From Tubulanus polymorphus (lineage: Eukaryota; Animalia; Nemertea), in assembly GCF_964204645.1 (NCBI RefSeq), contig NC_134031.1, forward strand, positions 16,169,807 to 16,233,806: a stretch of 64,000 nt of DNA. Direction: 5' to 3'. Positions 62,917 to 64,000 of this stretch are shown piece after piece (within the stretch, counting starts at the first letter, position 1; every line of letters starts with the position of its first letter). The notes beneath the pieces were generated by a model. It saw nothing but the letters and a program-made list of their open reading frames with translations. It did not search any database and was not told where the DNA came from. Both the position numbers and the translations under genes were made by a program.

Positions 62917-64000
62917 CTTTCCTTTCTATCCGTTTTTCAAGCAGAAATTCAACACAATCGAGTCTAAATTCTCGTTTACATACAGAAAATTCGTCGTAAT
63001 CGAAGGTGACGTGTTACCAGTAGTACTATTAAGCGCACGAAACCGATGGGTTTATAAATTGAATTGAATTTATCTTATCCGGCTTATATTAATTTTTATA
63101 GGGAAACATAGGCGCTATTGCACTTTCGTTCATTCTCCCAAAAATGTTTATTTCTGCATATTATCCAGCTAGGAAGCCGATATTATTGTGGAAACCAAAT
63201 ATGGTGATGAATGTTCCAGTAGCATTAAATTCAGCAACATACTTTTTGTCCAAAAGCAAAATTCTAAAATGAGGCGTCATCAAACGTTTTCACTGATTTG
63301 AAGTTACAACTAGAGTAAACTAGGATCAGATGGACATAAACTACCATGGACATTGTCATCGGTCCCTATTCGAAAAGTGGCCACTGCTGGATCTCCTTGC
63401 CCAAGGGATCGGGCGACCTGGTCAATTCTACAACACAAGTTGGGTGATTGATTATTTTTGAAAATCAGCTCTGCGATTATGCATTGCATCTAATTTTGTA
63501 TTGAGCTTCAGAATAAGTTGAAAATAACGATTGCAGATTTTAAGATTTTTCTGAATATCTTGAATGAACTCTTTTACTTTTACATGGGATTCAGAATATA
63601 ACACGCGAAAATTGTATCGTCGGCACGTTTACCGTCATTACCCAAACCCCGGAACGAATGCAAAGCCGGAGTGAGTTAATAACGACAATTTATATGTGCG
63701 ACAAAGATAATGATACCGTATATACCGAAGGTTTCGAAAGTTTTGATAACGGCCTTTGAAATTGTTCAGGCATAATCAATAGCTGTAGTGTGTAGTTTAC
63801 ATCTCTATTTCGTCAGATTGGTCAGAGATCAGTCATCTCATCTCACTCTTACACAACACACATTCTAAATCGTCGTTATTGTTTCGTAATTTAAACCATT
63901 AAAGAAACGAGATATTTGATTCATGACAAGATAAGGTTTCAAAGGTTGTTTTGGCATTTAATCTCTCTCTACACGATCATACCCGGATTGTCGGTATCAC

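Noticed and set aside
58021-63067. ORF-track ORFs around SEC22B (58021, 60123, 61909, 62425, 62831)
   Set aside because: UTR, intronic or antisense frames with no recognisable homology; the real coding exons are below the ORF length cut-off

Overview
This is AT-rich, intron-containing animal genomic DNA, most like a lophotrochozoan invertebrate (taxon is inference). The main finding is a gene on the + strand (ATG about 6073) whose common exons end in one phase-1 donor at 7771. Eight separate terminal exons follow (8953-17171). Each has a phase-1 acceptor, a twin C2H2 zinc-finger module and its own stop codon. This is the architecture of insect lola/fruitless/broad, but there is no BTB domain. 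Its place is taken by a ~45-aa N-terminal module (MLML-DIPF..DL..CL....IE.....VDEPTWLKWQ), which recurs in an inverted paralogue running off the left edge of the window. A METTL24-like methyltransferase gene lies between the two paralogues. Further right are a secreted F-type-lectin+PAN gene and a tandem family of about 8 secreted PAN-microexon-GON-domain genes: 4 intact, 1 lacking an exon and 3 pseudogenes. That family is invaded by self-nesting 416-bp MITEs with 6-bp TSDs (IS3EU-like termini). The window also holds an intronless class A GPCR, LINE and SINE remnants, and a complete 5-exon SEC22B gene. All exon models were built by hand from GT/AG sites and reading frame; none is transcript-verified.
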